DNA of 64,000 nt from an uncultured bacterium (GCA_963977015.1 CAXBMO010000001.1:416001-480000); one strand, 5' to 3'; shown: positions 28,612 through 38,667, counted from the first letter of the stretch. The notes: a model not told the origin generated them from the letters alone. Translations and numbers: made by a program.

Positions 28612-29274
28612 ATGGCGTCCGAGATGACAACGGATGATTCGCCCGAAGTGGAGCGAGTCTACGCCCAGACGCGCCAAAGCCTGATTGAGCGACTCAAAGA
28701 TTGGGAAGACAAGCGCAGTTGGGACGAATTTTACCAAACCTACTGGCGATTGATTTACTCCGTTGCCGTGAAGGCGGGATTGCGTCCGGATGAAGCTTCC
28801 GAGGTGGTTCAGGAGACGATTCTAACGATCGCGAAACAACAGAATCGAGAGGAAAAAGGATACGATAAAGAGAAGGGGTCATTTAAAAACTGGCTTCTCG
28901 GAGTAACGCGCTGGCGCATCGCGGACCAGTTCCGAAAGCGGCAACGCCATCAAAAATTGGTGGTCACCTTGCCCGATGACGAAAATGAACCCGGATTTCT
29001 GGAACAATTTGCGGATCCCGTCGGACCCGAGGTGGAAAGGGTGTGGGACGCAGAGTGGAACCGAAACCTAACCCGGGCGGCTCTGCAACGGGTCAAGACC
29101 AAGGTGTCTCCCAAGCAGTATCAGATTTTTGATTGTTACGTGGTGAAAGAATGGGAGACCGAGAAAGTACAGGAACATCTCGAAGTCAGCCTGACTCAGG
29201 TTTATCTTGCCAAACATCGCGTTGGAAAACTGGTGAAACACGAAATTGAGACTCTCCAAACGACACTCCTCTAA
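28612..29274 (+). CDS. ECF RNA polymerase sigma factor
   Basis: TRQSLIERL, W..FY..YWRLIY, VVQE, GSFKNWL, and region 4 QVYLAKHRV. Confidence 0.92.
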   Translation: MASEMTTDDSPEVERVYAQTRQSLIERLKDWEDKRSWDEFYQTYWRLIYSVAVKAGLRPDEASEVVQETILTIAKQQNREEKGYDKEKGSFKNWLLGVTRWRIADQFRKRQRHQKLVVTLPDDENEPGFLEQFADPVGPEVERVWDAEWNRNLTRAALQRVKTKVSPKQYQIFDCYVVKEWETEKVQEHLEVSLTQVYLAKHRVGKLVKHEIETLQTTLL

Positions 29275-32116
29275 GACTCCGGAGATCCCCGAAATTCCGG
29301 ATTATGAGCTATTGCGCCCCATTGGACGGGGAGGCTATGGCGAGGTTTTTATTGCCAGAAGCGTCACGGGAACGATGCGGGCGGTAAAGATCGTTCGGCG
29401 CGATAATTTTGAGAGCGATAAAGCTTTCGAAAGGGAGTTTGAGGGAATCCAGCGCTACGAGCAGGTATCCCAGGAACACTCCGGTTTGGTCGATGTTCTC
29501 CACGTCGGTCGTGATGACGCCCAAGGCTTCTACTACTACGTGATGGAGTTGGCTGATGATGTGAACAATGGCCGTGATATTGACTATGAAAAATACGAGC
29601 CATCCACCCTTTCCCAGAAGCTGAAGCAGGGGAGAAAGGTTGGTTTGGTCGAAGCGCTGGAACTTGGCCAGAGTTTGGCCGAGGCGCTTGGGAAGCTCCA
29701 TTCCCATAAGTTGGCTCACCGCGACGTGAAGCCATCCAACATCATTTTCGTAAGGAATCGCCCTCGCTTGGCCGATCCCGGACTGGTTGCGGCAAGTGGG
29801 CAGGACACCTATGTCGGAACGGAAGGGTATGTCCCGCCTGAAGGCCCCGGAACTGCTCAGGCGGATCTTTACAGCCTCGGAATGGTGCTCTACGAGATGA
29901 ACACCGGCAGGGATCGAATGGATTTTCCGGAACTGCCAACGGTGATCGACCCCAACGAGGAACACCTCAAAGAGCGGCGTGAACTGAACACGGTAATTTG
30001 CAGGACTTGTGCCCCGCGCCCGAAACAACGTTACCCGGATGCGCGTGCGTTGGAAGAAGCTCTGGATACGGTTGGAAAAGACCGAAAATTGCCCACATTC
30101 TTTTTCCCTTGGCGGGCAGTCGGAGTTGCCGCTTTGGTCACCGTTTTTGCGGCTGGAGTTGGTGCTGCGATGATGTTTGGAAATTTCCTAGTGCCAGCGG
30201 GCAAAGAGCTTTTTGCATCCGTGAAAAGTCCGCTGAAGACTCAAGAAGAAGCATTATCTCCCGTCATTAGTGAGCCGCCGCCGGAAGCGAAGCCTCTTGC
30301 CAACACCGTTACCGAACCTCCGGCAAAACTGACCGTCGACGAACCGCCCACGGAAGATGGGGAGGCTGAAAACAATGGCCGGACCGAAGTGGTGTCGATT
30401 GAGAAAACACCGATTTCCGTTGGGGAAACCCCGGCTGTTTCAACAGAAAAGTCGGAACTCCCGCCCAAGAAAATCGAACAGGAAGTTGCGGTGGAGAAGG
30501 TGAAAGAGCCAGAGGTAAAACCGGATCCGGAGGCGAATGTCATCGTGATGGCCGAGACCGAACCCGCGTCTCGCAAACCAGTGCGTGAGGGGGTGTTATT
30601 GGTGACCAGCAATCCACCCAGCGCGATCGTTTTCATCAATGGAGAGGAACAAGGAGCGACTCCGGTTCGCCTGACTTTGCCCGCCGCTGATTATCGAATT
30701 CGGTTGGATTTGGAGAACCACAAGGAAGCCAAGTTTTTGGCTCGTGTTGAAGCCGGTCAAACCGAGCCGGTTGATGCCGACTTGATTTACTGGAACCCTC
30801 CCAAACCCGGAGAAGTCTGGGCCAACAGCCTCGGGATGCGATTGGTTCCCGCCAGCCAGGAAAATGGGCACCGGACTCGGGGGCCTGTAAAAATGGCGGA
30901 TTTCAGCCGGTTCGTCAAAGAAGCCGGAATCAAAGGCGATCAGTTTAAAGTCGGAAATGAGCAACTCGTTTTTGCGACTCCGGGAACTCGCCAGAGCTTT
31001 TGCAATTGGCTCACTGAAAAGGATCGAGAGAAGGGGTATTTGGACGAAAATCTGAGATACATGGTGGAGATTTTCGATCCTCTTGATGGGTCTGCGGATC
31101 TGGCGTCGTTTGTTGCATTTGTCGGCAAACCCAGGTTTGGGAACGTGGTCATTGAGAGCGAGCCTGAAGGAGCTGAAGTCTATTTTGAGGGCAAAAAGAT
31201 CGGCGCTACGCCTGTTCGTATACCCAAGCAGGAAGTTGGACCTATCGAGGTTGAGATTCGAAAAGACGGTCACAAAGGGGCTACGGTTCGCGGCTTGGTC
31301 AGTCACACGGAATCTCTGAAGTTACGGGCGATTCTTACGCGAAATGCGGGAGTCGAATTTGGGCAGAAATGGACGAATACGTTGGGAATGCCATTCGTGC
31401 CCGTTGGCGATCTCCTGTGTGCGGTCTACGAAACGCGGCGGAGTGATTACGAGGAGTTTTGGAAGACGGAAGGCACGGAAGACCGGTATTTTGACGTCTC
31501 CTACACTCCGCAGGGGCCGGATCATCCCGTGATCAATATTGAGATCGCCAAAGCACGGAAATTCTGTGAGTGGTTGACTGCCGCTGAGAGAGAGTTGGAA
31601 CTCATCCAACCCGATCATGTTTACCGGTTACCCACCGATGAAGAGTGGAGCCGCATGGCTGGTTTGGAGGGGGAACGGGGAAGGACCCCCGAAGCACGAG
31701 ATGGGATGATCAAAGACGTCTATCCGTGGGGAACTGCTTGGCCGCCGAAGCCTAATGCGGGGAACTTCAAAGACATGACGGTGCGACGCCTTTCCAAATC
31801 GCCTCAGCGTTGGATCGTCGAAGGCTACGAAGACGGGTTTTTGAAAACCGCTCCGGTGGGGCAGTTTGACGCCAATCAATTTGGACTTCACGACATCGCC
31901 GGGAACGTTTGGGAGTACGTGAATGACAACTACGCCGGAAGTCGGCCTACCAAGTATTCAACGGTAATGAGAGGTGGAAGTTGGGCTGACTACACGAAGG
32001 AGAATTTGATGACGGCAACCCGGGTGCCAACGACGAAAGAGCGAAAGAGCGATCAATGTGGATTCCGAGTCGTTCTGGCAAAGGCGACTTCCATCATGGT
32101 TCAGGATGACGAGTAG
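29246..32116 (+). CDS. Membrane Ser/Thr kinase with PEGA domains and C-terminal FGE-sulfatase (SUMF1)-like domain
   Basis: GRGGYGEV, AVK, HRDVKPSN, GTEGYVPPE; TM helix; two PEGA-like repeats; RLPT..EW, GNVWE, RGGSW, GFR. TTG start is uncertain. Confidence 0.9.
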   Translation: MRLSKRHSSKTPEIPEIPDYELLRPIGRGGYGEVFIARSVTGTMRAVKIVRRDNFESDKAFEREFEGIQRYEQVSQEHSGLVDVLHVGRDDAQGFYYYVMELADDVNNGRDIDYEKYEPSTLSQKLKQGRKVGLVEALELGQSLAEALGKLHSHKLAHRDVKPSNIIFVRNRPRLADPGLVAASGQDTYVGTEGYVPPEGPGTAQADLYSLGMVLYEMNTGRDRMDFPELPTVIDPNEEHLKERRELNTVICRTCAPRPKQRYPDARALEEALDTVGKDRKLPTFFFPWRAVGVAALVTVFAAGVGAAMMFGNFLVPAGKELFASVKSPLKTQEEALSPVISEPPPEAKPLANTVTEPPAKLTVDEPPTEDGEAENNGRTEVVSIEKTPISVGETPAVSTEKSELPPKKIEQEVAVEKVKEPEVKPDPEANVIVMAETEPASRKPVREGVLLVTSNPPSAIVFINGEEQGATPVRLTLPAADYRIRLDLENHKEAKFLARVEAGQTEPVDADLIYWNPPKPGEVWANSLGMRLVPASQENGHRTRGPVKMADFSRFVKEAGIKGDQFKVGNEQLVFATPGTRQSFCNWLTEKDREKGYLDENLRYMVEIFDPLDGSADLASFVAFVGKPRFGNVVIESEPEGAEVYFEGKKIGATPVRIPKQEVGPIEVEIRKDGHKGATVRGLVSHTESLKLRAILTRNAGVEFGQKWTNTLGMPFVPVGDLLCAVYETRRSDYEEFWKTEGTEDRYFDVSYTPQGPDHPVINIEIAKARKFCEWLTAAERELELIQPDHVYRLPTDEEWSRMAGLEGERGRTPEARDGMIKDVYPWGTAWPPKPNAGNFKDMTVRRLSKSPQRWIVEGYEDGFLKTAPVGQFDANQFGLHDIAGNVWEYVNDNYAGSRPTKYSTVMRGGSWADYTKENLMTATRVPTTKERKSDQCGFRVVLAKATSIMVQDDE

Positions 32117-32121
32117 TCCGG

Positions 32122-33249
32122 TTAATCTGCGATTTTGCGGATGACCCGGATTTTGTGGGCTTCGCTGTCGCCAACATAGATGTCTCCGTTCTTTGGATCG
32201 ACAAACACTCCGTGGGGGCGAGCCATCTCACACTTCAGCGGATCTCCATCTGCTCCATCGCCGCGCTTACCGGTTCCTGCGACCAAGCGCAGAACTGGTG
32301 GAGTCGAGCCGAGGTCAATCATGCGAATGGAGTGGCTCTCCGTGTCGGCTAGATAGATATTTCCCTGGGGGCCAACACTGATACCTTTTGGGCCCGAAAG
32401 GGTTGCGTCTTTTGCCGGACCACCGTGGCCGGTGAATCCCTTTTTTCCGGTTCCTGCAACGTGGTGAATTTTGCCGGCCCGCATGTCGAAGCGAACCACC
32501 TTGTTGCCTTCCCGCAGGGCGAGCCACAAATTTCCATCCGAATCAAAGTCAAGAGCTCGAGGGCCATTCAGTGCCGTTGATGGATCCTCGATCGCGTCTC
32601 CGTCAGCGGGGCCGTTCCGATTCCCGTTTCCTGAGAACGTGCTGACTTTTTGACTAACCAGATCAATAACTCTGACCCGATGGTTCTGAATGTCGCAGAC
32701 GAAGAGTTGCTTGAAATCCGGGCCGAACTGGATGCTGTGTGGGCGATTAAACGTTGCTTGATCTCCGGGCGTCGGATCATCGCTGTTGAAACCGGCTTTT
32801 CCGGTTCCCGCGAGAGTTGAAATGATCCCGCTTTCTGAATCCACCTGTCGAACGAGGTTATTCTTCATTTCGACAAAGAAGAGATCCCCTCGGTCATTGA
32901 AGCGCAGCTCGTAAGGTTCGAACAGTTTTGCGTCAAGCGCGGTCGCCCCGTCTCCCCAATAACCACTTTGTCCACCGGTTCCGGCAACTGTCGAAATGGT
33001 TCCCGTTTGGCGATCGATTTTTCGAATCGCGTGGTTTCCGGTGTCGCAGAAGTAGACATTGTCATCCGGCCCAACGATGACGCCAAAGGGGTTGTTGATC
33101 TGAGCTTCAGTCGCGGAGCCACCATCACCGGAAAATCCAGCCTTCCCCGTTCCGGCGATCGTAATGATCTCGTACTGATCGGCGATTAAGAGGGTGGGGA
33201 TCAGGCAAAGCGCAAGAATCCAGGTTGCTGAATATTGGGCGGGTTTCAT
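32122..33249 (-). CDS. Secreted NHL-repeat beta-propeller protein
   Basis: Repeated TIAGTGKAGFSGDGG..A.(I/L/F)..P motifs; signal peptide from MKPAQ. Confidence 0.88.
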   Translation of the reverse strand: MKPAQYSATWILALCLIPTLLIADQYEIITIAGTGKAGFSGDGGSATEAQINNPFGVIVGPDDNVYFCDTGNHAIRKIDRQTGTISTVAGTGGQSGYWGDGATALDAKLFEPYELRFNDRGDLFFVEMKNNLVRQVDSESGIISTLAGTGKAGFNSDDPTPGDQATFNRPHSIQFGPDFKQLFVCDIQNHRVRVIDLVSQKVSTFSGNGNRNGPADGDAIEDPSTALNGPRALDFDSDGNLWLALREGNKVVRFDMRAGKIHHVAGTGKKGFTGHGGPAKDATLSGPKGISVGPQGNIYLADTESHSIRMIDLGSTPPVLRLVAGTGKRGDGADGDPLKCEMARPHGVFVDPKNGDIYVGDSEAHKIRVIRKIAD

Positions 33250-33268
33250 AAGGGGAATTTTTGGGGAA

Positions 33269-33622
33269 TCAAAGCTGGTTTTCACTGGGCTTCTCGCAAG
33301 CTCGGCAGCCAAACGTGGGCTCCTCGCCGAATTTGCGCCTTCGATTGTAGCGATCAAAGGAGGCCGGAGTTGCCGCGAGAGTTTGAGGAGTGGGCGGGCT
33401 GGGAATCGTGGAATTGGTTTCGTTCGCTGTAGTCGACTTGGTGGCCTGAGAAGCTTTAAGGTCGATGTTTTCGCGCTCCAGTTCATCAATTTGCCCTTTC
33501 CATGGACCCCATTGGCCGTGAGCCTGCCAAATGCCGAGGCAGCAGAACACAAATGCCCAAATCCAGAGCAATGGTGAATTCTGAATGAGAAAGAAGAAAT
33601 TGGAAGCGAACGCAATCATCAA
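33269..33622 (-). CDS. Small single-TM protein with coiled-coil segment and low-complexity tail
   Basis: TM LLWIWAFVFCCLGIW followed by QIDELERENIDLK; operon spacing. Confidence 0.65.
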   Translation of the reverse strand: MMIAFASNFFFLIQNSPLLWIWAFVFCCLGIWQAHGQWGPWKGQIDELERENIDLKASQATKSTTANETNSTIPSPPTPQTLAATPASFDRYNRRRKFGEEPTFGCRACEKPSENQL

Positions 33623-33636
33623 TGAAAAGGGCCAGA

Positions 33637-33822
33637 CTAATTGAGCGTTGCCTGCCGAAGTTCCTCATTCTCCTTCGCCAATTTTAAGCCGCGATCCGCA
33701 TAACGTTTCCACATGAGCTTACCAATTGTCCGTCCGAGAAAATAGAAGAGGAGACAGACGACGACAACTACGATGCCGTATTGAATCCAAAAAGGGAGTG
33801 AGGGATCGACTTCAGGCTTCAT
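33637..33822 (-). CDS. 61-aa single-TM protein with coiled-coil tail
   Basis: ATGA overlap with the upstream gene; TM GIVVVVVCLLFYFLG; LAKENEELRQ. Confidence 0.7.
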   Translation of the reverse strand: MKPEVDPSLPFWIQYGIVVVVVCLLFYFLGRTIGKLMWKRYADRGLKLAKENEELRQATLN

Positions 33823-36800
33823 TTCTTTTTCGCGACAGTGATTTCGACTCGTCTACCTTCGTGATTGCCTTCGCCATCTCCCGCTCCCACCGCTTCCAGA
33901 CTGTGGGCATCGAGTCCCAGATCGATGAGAATGTCCCGAACTTCATAGGCGCGCAATTCGCTGACGCTGGTATTTGATTGAGGATCATCCGAAGAATTGG
34001 CGAATCCCTTGATGAGGATGCGATGGGCTTCCTTGTCTTCGAGAGCTCGCGTTGCCACGCTTTCAATCTGGACCTTTGCTTCCGGGCTCACCCAGGTGCT
34101 GCCGCTGCGAAATGGGATCGATTCTGAAAATGCAATCGTGACGTCTTCTTCAACACGCAGGTGATCCCGAACTTCAAAACCATCGGGCAAGGTGGCGGTG
34201 AGCGTTGCCAACAGGACTTCCTTCGTTGTCGAATTCCTGGTTTTTCCGAATAGCAGCACGGTCTTGCCTGTGACCTCGAGTCTGGCTTCGGACGCCTTTT
34301 GGGTGAAGACCGGGAGGAATTTCCCAATCGCGGGTGGCCATTTGATTTTCGGCAGGTTCTCAAGAATGAGCAAGTTGTCCTTTGCTTTCCCGGACTGATG
34401 AGCGCCCTTGAGAATCGCGTCCCGCGACCATGTGTCTGGCAACGCGCCTGAAAGTTGAACCACATTATCTGCGAGGATCACCACCAAGGCTGCGGAAGCG
34501 ATACCGTCGGTTGTGGTGGTCGCCATCGGTTTGACGACGATGGGCTTTGCCACAATTGGCTTTGGCATTTGCAGCTCAGATTCTTCCATGTCAGGATTCG
34601 GAGTCATGGGGACAGTGGATGCTGACGCTTGCACCTTGATTTGATCGATGAGTTTTGCGTCCTTCGGAAGTAAGGCCTTGGCCTGATTCAGAAAATCAGC
34701 CTTAATCTGTTCGCTGGGAACTTCACGGCGGAGGATGAGCATGTTAGGAGTCAGCTCGACATTGGCGGCTTCCGTTTCCTCGAAGAAGCTGGCGATAAAG
34801 GGCGCTGCGTTCTTTTCCCATCCGGCGACCTCCAATTCCGTGTCCACAGCAATCTCGCTTGTGACTTCAAAATCGCCCAATGTTGCGACAGCGGATTCGA
34901 TTGCATTGCTGATATCCTCGCTTGGAACAAGCCCCTCAAGTTGAATGGTGCCTTCTGCGAGCAGAATCTTGAGTTTGGCGATTTTCGGAATCACGACCGT
35001 GATTTCGTCTCCAAGTTTTCCATCCTTTGGAAGAATGGATTTGGCGTTGGCCAGAATGATTTCTTTGTCTTCAGGAGACGATACCTCCCGCCGGATCGTT
35101 ATTCCCTCCTCATCAATCGTCAGTTCCGCGTCCTTGGTTTTTTGAAATGCCGCAACGATCAAGCCTTCGAGTTCGTCCACCCAGGCCGGAGGTATGATTC
35201 GACTGCTGGTTCGGAGTGAAATATCGATGTTCTCCGGTTTGATGTCGAGCTTGGAGGCGGTGTTGGCGATCTTCGTTTTGATCGAATCATCAGGAATCCA
35301 TCCCTTGAAGCGGATGCTGTCCCCGTCCCGTAGCACCTGCAGGCTAGCTGGCTTGTCTGGTGGAAGGACAATTTGGTTGGTGAGTCCAGCGCCTTCGGGA
35401 AGCATGAGATTGGCGCGAGCCAACAATTGGCCCCGGATGGTGTTGTCAGGCACCTGGCGCTTCAGTCGCAACCCTTTGCCGTTGATTTCAAGCTCGGCGT
35501 TTTTCGCGTCCTTGAAAAAATCCGTAAGAAAGCCCGGCAAACTCTTTTCCCATCGGGGCGGAGCAACCTCCGAACTCACTTGAATGGTGCTGGAGACTTC
35601 ACCTCCCGCTGATTTCGCAGCAGCTTCCAGTTTCGCCTTGAGTGACTCCGTGGGGACGGTTCCCACGAGTCGGAATTTCCCGTCCTGCAAGACTGCGGTG
35701 AGGATCGATGGCTGGTCAGGCGCCAACTTCATCTTGTCGATCAACTTCCCCGTTTTTGACAAGAAAGAAGATCCTTCGAGCGCAAATTGACCTTTTTGTT
35801 CCGAGCTCAGACCTTCTCGAACCAATTCGAGATTCCCATTCTGGAGATTCAGGCCGGCTTGCTGGGTGTCTTCGAAAAACGAGGTCAGAAAACCTGGGAC
35901 CTGGGCCATCCAAGGCGGTGAAACGATCATGGGGTCGACTCCCATATCTGCGGTAAGGACGGGAAGAGGTTCGATTTCTGAAACCGCCTTCAAGAGCATT
36001 TCCTTGGTCGTTTGGTCATGAACCTGGCCCTTGAAGATGAGCTTGCCATTCGTGAGCGTTGCCTGAAGCGATACCGGTTGGTCGGGTTGAATCGTGAGCT
36101 GATTTTTAATTTTGGCGGTTGGCCAAAACTGGTTTGCGGCGGAGAGAAGGGTTGCGTTTCCGGTCTTGCCAATGACCGAGCGTTTCAGGCGCAGATCATC
36201 AGGGCTCAATTCAATTTCCGCAGAGTCGACATTCGCGATCGCGGTTGCCAGGAAGCCGGGGACTGAATTCGACCAGGGCGGAGAAATAACGCGATTGTTG
36301 ACCTGCAGATCATTCGCGAGCACTTCGTCGATAGTGGACTCGCTCACCAGCCCAAGCAGTTGTTCTTTCAGCCCGGGATCATCGATTTGGCCTGAAATCG
36401 TCAACTTTCGATTCTCCAACTTCACCAGAAGCTGAGCCGGGCGATCAGGCTGCAAGGTAATTTGGTTGTCGAGCTTCAGGGTTGGAAAGCGGGCTTTGGC
36501 GGCCGATACGAGAGCATCTCTGGCCGCTTCGCCCTTGATTTCCCGGCTGAGAAGCAGGTTACCTTCGCGAATGCTGATCGCACCGGACTTGGCGCCTTCA
36601 AAAAACTTTTCGATAAAGGGGAACGCATCATCATTCCAGGCTTGTGGAATCACTCGTGCATTCCGTTCCACCTCATTCTGAAGTCGGGGACTGCTTTCGA
36701 TCACCAGTTCATCTGATTTCGGCAATGGCAGCTGGCCCTCAATGGTCAGGACGCCTTCGGCGAGCGTGGCAAAGATCATCGCCGGCCGATCCGGGACAAA

Positions 36801-37781
36801 CGCAACCTGGTCAACGATGTCGGAGGTCACCTGTTTGGCGCTGAGAAGCAGATGCTCCTTGGCGTCATCGCCTTTGATTTTGCCGATCAGCGTGAGTTTT
36901 GCGTCGGCCAATTCAAAGCTTGAAACTCCTGAACTCGTGAAAACCGGCAAGAACGCGGCTAGCTTCGAATTCCACGTCGGAGTGATGACCCGATTGCTGA
37001 TATTCAGATTCTCAAAATCAGGGGCGTATCCAGTCTTCTCAAATTGTTGGGCAATTTCATTTTTCAGAGATTCGTTGGGTAGCCATCCGCCAACCTTTGC
37101 CGTGTTTCCGTCAAGGGAAACCATCAGCTGGGCCGGAAGATCAGGAAGAACCTCGAGGTTCTCGGTAAAAATGGCTCCGGGCTGCAGCAGTCTGGCTTGT
37201 TGGATGAATGCCGTTTTGGCGGCTTCTCCGCGAATCCCGCCTTCGGCGACTACTCCCGCAGCTGTGATTTCGAGAAAAAGGCTCGATGCGTTTTCCAAAA
37301 GACTGGGAAGGCTGACGACGAGTTCCTCCTGCCAATCGGCAAATTTGACCCGATCACTGACAAAAAGGTCCGATGAAAAGTGGCCAACGCTACTTGCCGC
37401 CTCAACCAGTGCGTTACGAATCTCTTCGGAAGGAAGCCTGCCTCTTAAGGAGACTTCGCCCTTCTCAAAGTTTACCAACAGCGTTGATTCTTGGTCGCGT
37501 TTGAGAACTTGGATCTCGTTGACGATCCGGCCTGCCAACCGATTTCGGCGCGCGGTCTTCTCTGCATCGGCCTTTGCCTCTTCACTCGGCGCCGTTCCGC
37601 TCAAGGTTCCCTTCAGATAATCAAACTGAACCTCAACATGGCCGAACCGTTCATCCTCGGTCAAGGCAATGGCAACGGACCTCGAAAGCCGTGTTTCCAT
37701 TTGATCGAGGTGCGGACGGCTCGAAACCAACGTCGTGGCAACGGCCGCAATGAGCGCCAAGATTACGATGAGGATTCTCAT
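33819..37781 (-). CDS. Giant BON-like repeat protein with C-terminal OmpA_C domain (ArfA/Rv0899-like)
   Basis: N-terminal anchor, one BON domain, nine ~115-aa repeats, then IPFRSGS...SELRA..V...L...RRVEI. Confidence 0.82.
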   Translation of the reverse strand: MRILIVILALIAAVATTLVSSRPHLDQMETRLSRSVAIALTEDERFGHVEVQFDYLKGTLSGTAPSEEAKADAEKTARRNRLAGRIVNEIQVLKRDQESTLLVNFEKGEVSLRGRLPSEEIRNALVEAASSVGHFSSDLFVSDRVKFADWQEELVVSLPSLLENASSLFLEITAAGVVAEGGIRGEAAKTAFIQQARLLQPGAIFTENLEVLPDLPAQLMVSLDGNTAKVGGWLPNESLKNEIAQQFEKTGYAPDFENLNISNRVITPTWNSKLAAFLPVFTSSGVSSFELADAKLTLIGKIKGDDAKEHLLLSAKQVTSDIVDQVAFVPDRPAMIFATLAEGVLTIEGQLPLPKSDELVIESSPRLQNEVERNARVIPQAWNDDAFPFIEKFFEGAKSGAISIREGNLLLSREIKGEAARDALVSAAKARFPTLKLDNQITLQPDRPAQLLVKLENRKLTISGQIDDPGLKEQLLGLVSESTIDEVLANDLQVNNRVISPPWSNSVPGFLATAIANVDSAEIELSPDDLRLKRSVIGKTGNATLLSAANQFWPTAKIKNQLTIQPDQPVSLQATLTNGKLIFKGQVHDQTTKEMLLKAVSEIEPLPVLTADMGVDPMIVSPPWMAQVPGFLTSFFEDTQQAGLNLQNGNLELVREGLSSEQKGQFALEGSSFLSKTGKLIDKMKLAPDQPSILTAVLQDGKFRLVGTVPTESLKAKLEAAAKSAGGEVSSTIQVSSEVAPPRWEKSLPGFLTDFFKDAKNAELEINGKGLRLKRQVPDNTIRGQLLARANLMLPEGAGLTNQIVLPPDKPASLQVLRDGDSIRFKGWIPDDSIKTKIANTASKLDIKPENIDISLRTSSRIIPPAWVDELEGLIVAAFQKTKDAELTIDEEGITIRREVSSPEDKEIILANAKSILPKDGKLGDEITVVIPKIAKLKILLAEGTIQLEGLVPSEDISNAIESAVATLGDFEVTSEIAVDTELEVAGWEKNAAPFIASFFEETEAANVELTPNMLILRREVPSEQIKADFLNQAKALLPKDAKLIDQIKVQASASTVPMTPNPDMEESELQMPKPIVAKPIVVKPMATTTTDGIASAALVVILADNVVQLSGALPDTWSRDAILKGAHQSGKAKDNLLILENLPKIKWPPAIGKFLPVFTQKASEARLEVTGKTVLLFGKTRNSTTKEVLLATLTATLPDGFEVRDHLRVEEDVTIAFSESIPFRSGSTWVSPEAKVQIESVATRALEDKEAHRILIKGFANSSDDPQSNTSVSELRAYEVRDILIDLGLDAHSLEAVGAGDGEGNHEGRRVEITVAKKK

Positions 37782-37875
37782 GTTTGTTCGTGAATCGGCC
37801 GGGTGGTTGCTGTAAAGCAGGCCTTGAGACTATCACGTTCGATGGGCTTTGCCATCAACCTAAAAAATAGCCATA

Positions 37876-38667
37876 ATGACCAGAATTTCCCTGTTTTCGG
37901 ATCTTCATCTGGCCTCGAATCCTGAACAACGGGCACACGGCCAATGGCCGATCGGGAATCTGCACTCGGCAGTTGCGGCCGCCAAGGCATTTTCGCCCGA
38001 TCGAATGGTGATTGCAGGGGATTGTGCCTACAAAATGGGACTCCCTGAAAACTACGAGGGATTGGCGACGCTTTTGGACGATTTTCGGTCTTCCGGAGTC
38101 CAGGCGACGTGTTTGCCCGGAAACCATGATCATCGAGAAAATCTCCGCCAGGTTTTGGGGGACCCGAAGACGATGGTTGCCGGGTTGCTGACGGCAAAGG
38201 TGGAGGTTGAGCAATCAATTTGGCTTTTTCTTGATACGCAGCTGGGACTCCATGAAGTCAGGGGAGGTGTCGGTAAAAGGCAGCGTGCGTGGATTGAGCG
38301 GGAGCTGGATTTGGCTCCAGAAAAGCCCTTTATTGTTGTTGGCCACCATCATCCGGAAAATTCAGTTCGTTGCGATACCTTTCCCGGGATTGGTTTGCGG
38401 GACACCGGTCACTGGCTTCGGTTTCTCGATGCTCATTCGCAAATTAAGGCTTACGTTTTTGGGCATACTCACAGCTGGTTCCATGAGCAAACCTCAGGAG
38501 GGACTTGGCTTGTCAACTTACCCGCGGTGGGGTTTACGTTTCAGGAAGACCGGGCTTGTGGTTGGGCTCAGGCCGTTCAAAGCCCAACGGAACTCAACCT
38601 TGAATTCAGGAGCCTTGACGAAAAACACCCGGAGCACGGGGACAGGATTCGGATTGATCTCGATTAG
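37876..38667 (+). CDS. Metallophosphoesterase (CpdA/Icc-like)
   Basis: SDLH, GD, PGNHD, HHHP, GHTH. Confidence 0.9.
   Translation: MTRISLFSDLHLASNPEQRAHGQWPIGNLHSAVAAAKAFSPDRMVIAGDCAYKMGLPENYEGLATLLDDFRSSGVQATCLPGNHDHRENLRQVLGDPKTMVAGLLTAKVEVEQSIWLFLDTQLGLHEVRGGVGKRQRAWIERELDLAPEKPFIVVGHHHPENSVRCDTFPGIGLRDTGHWLRFLDAHSQIKAYVFGHTHSWFHEQTSGGTWLVNLPAVGFTFQEDRACGWAQAVQSPTELNLEFRSLDEKHPEHGDRIRIDLD

Noticed and set aside
29237-29274. Programmed +1 frameshift fusing the ECF sigma and the kinase
   Set aside because: No evident slippery site; a TTG start with a short overlap explains the layout.
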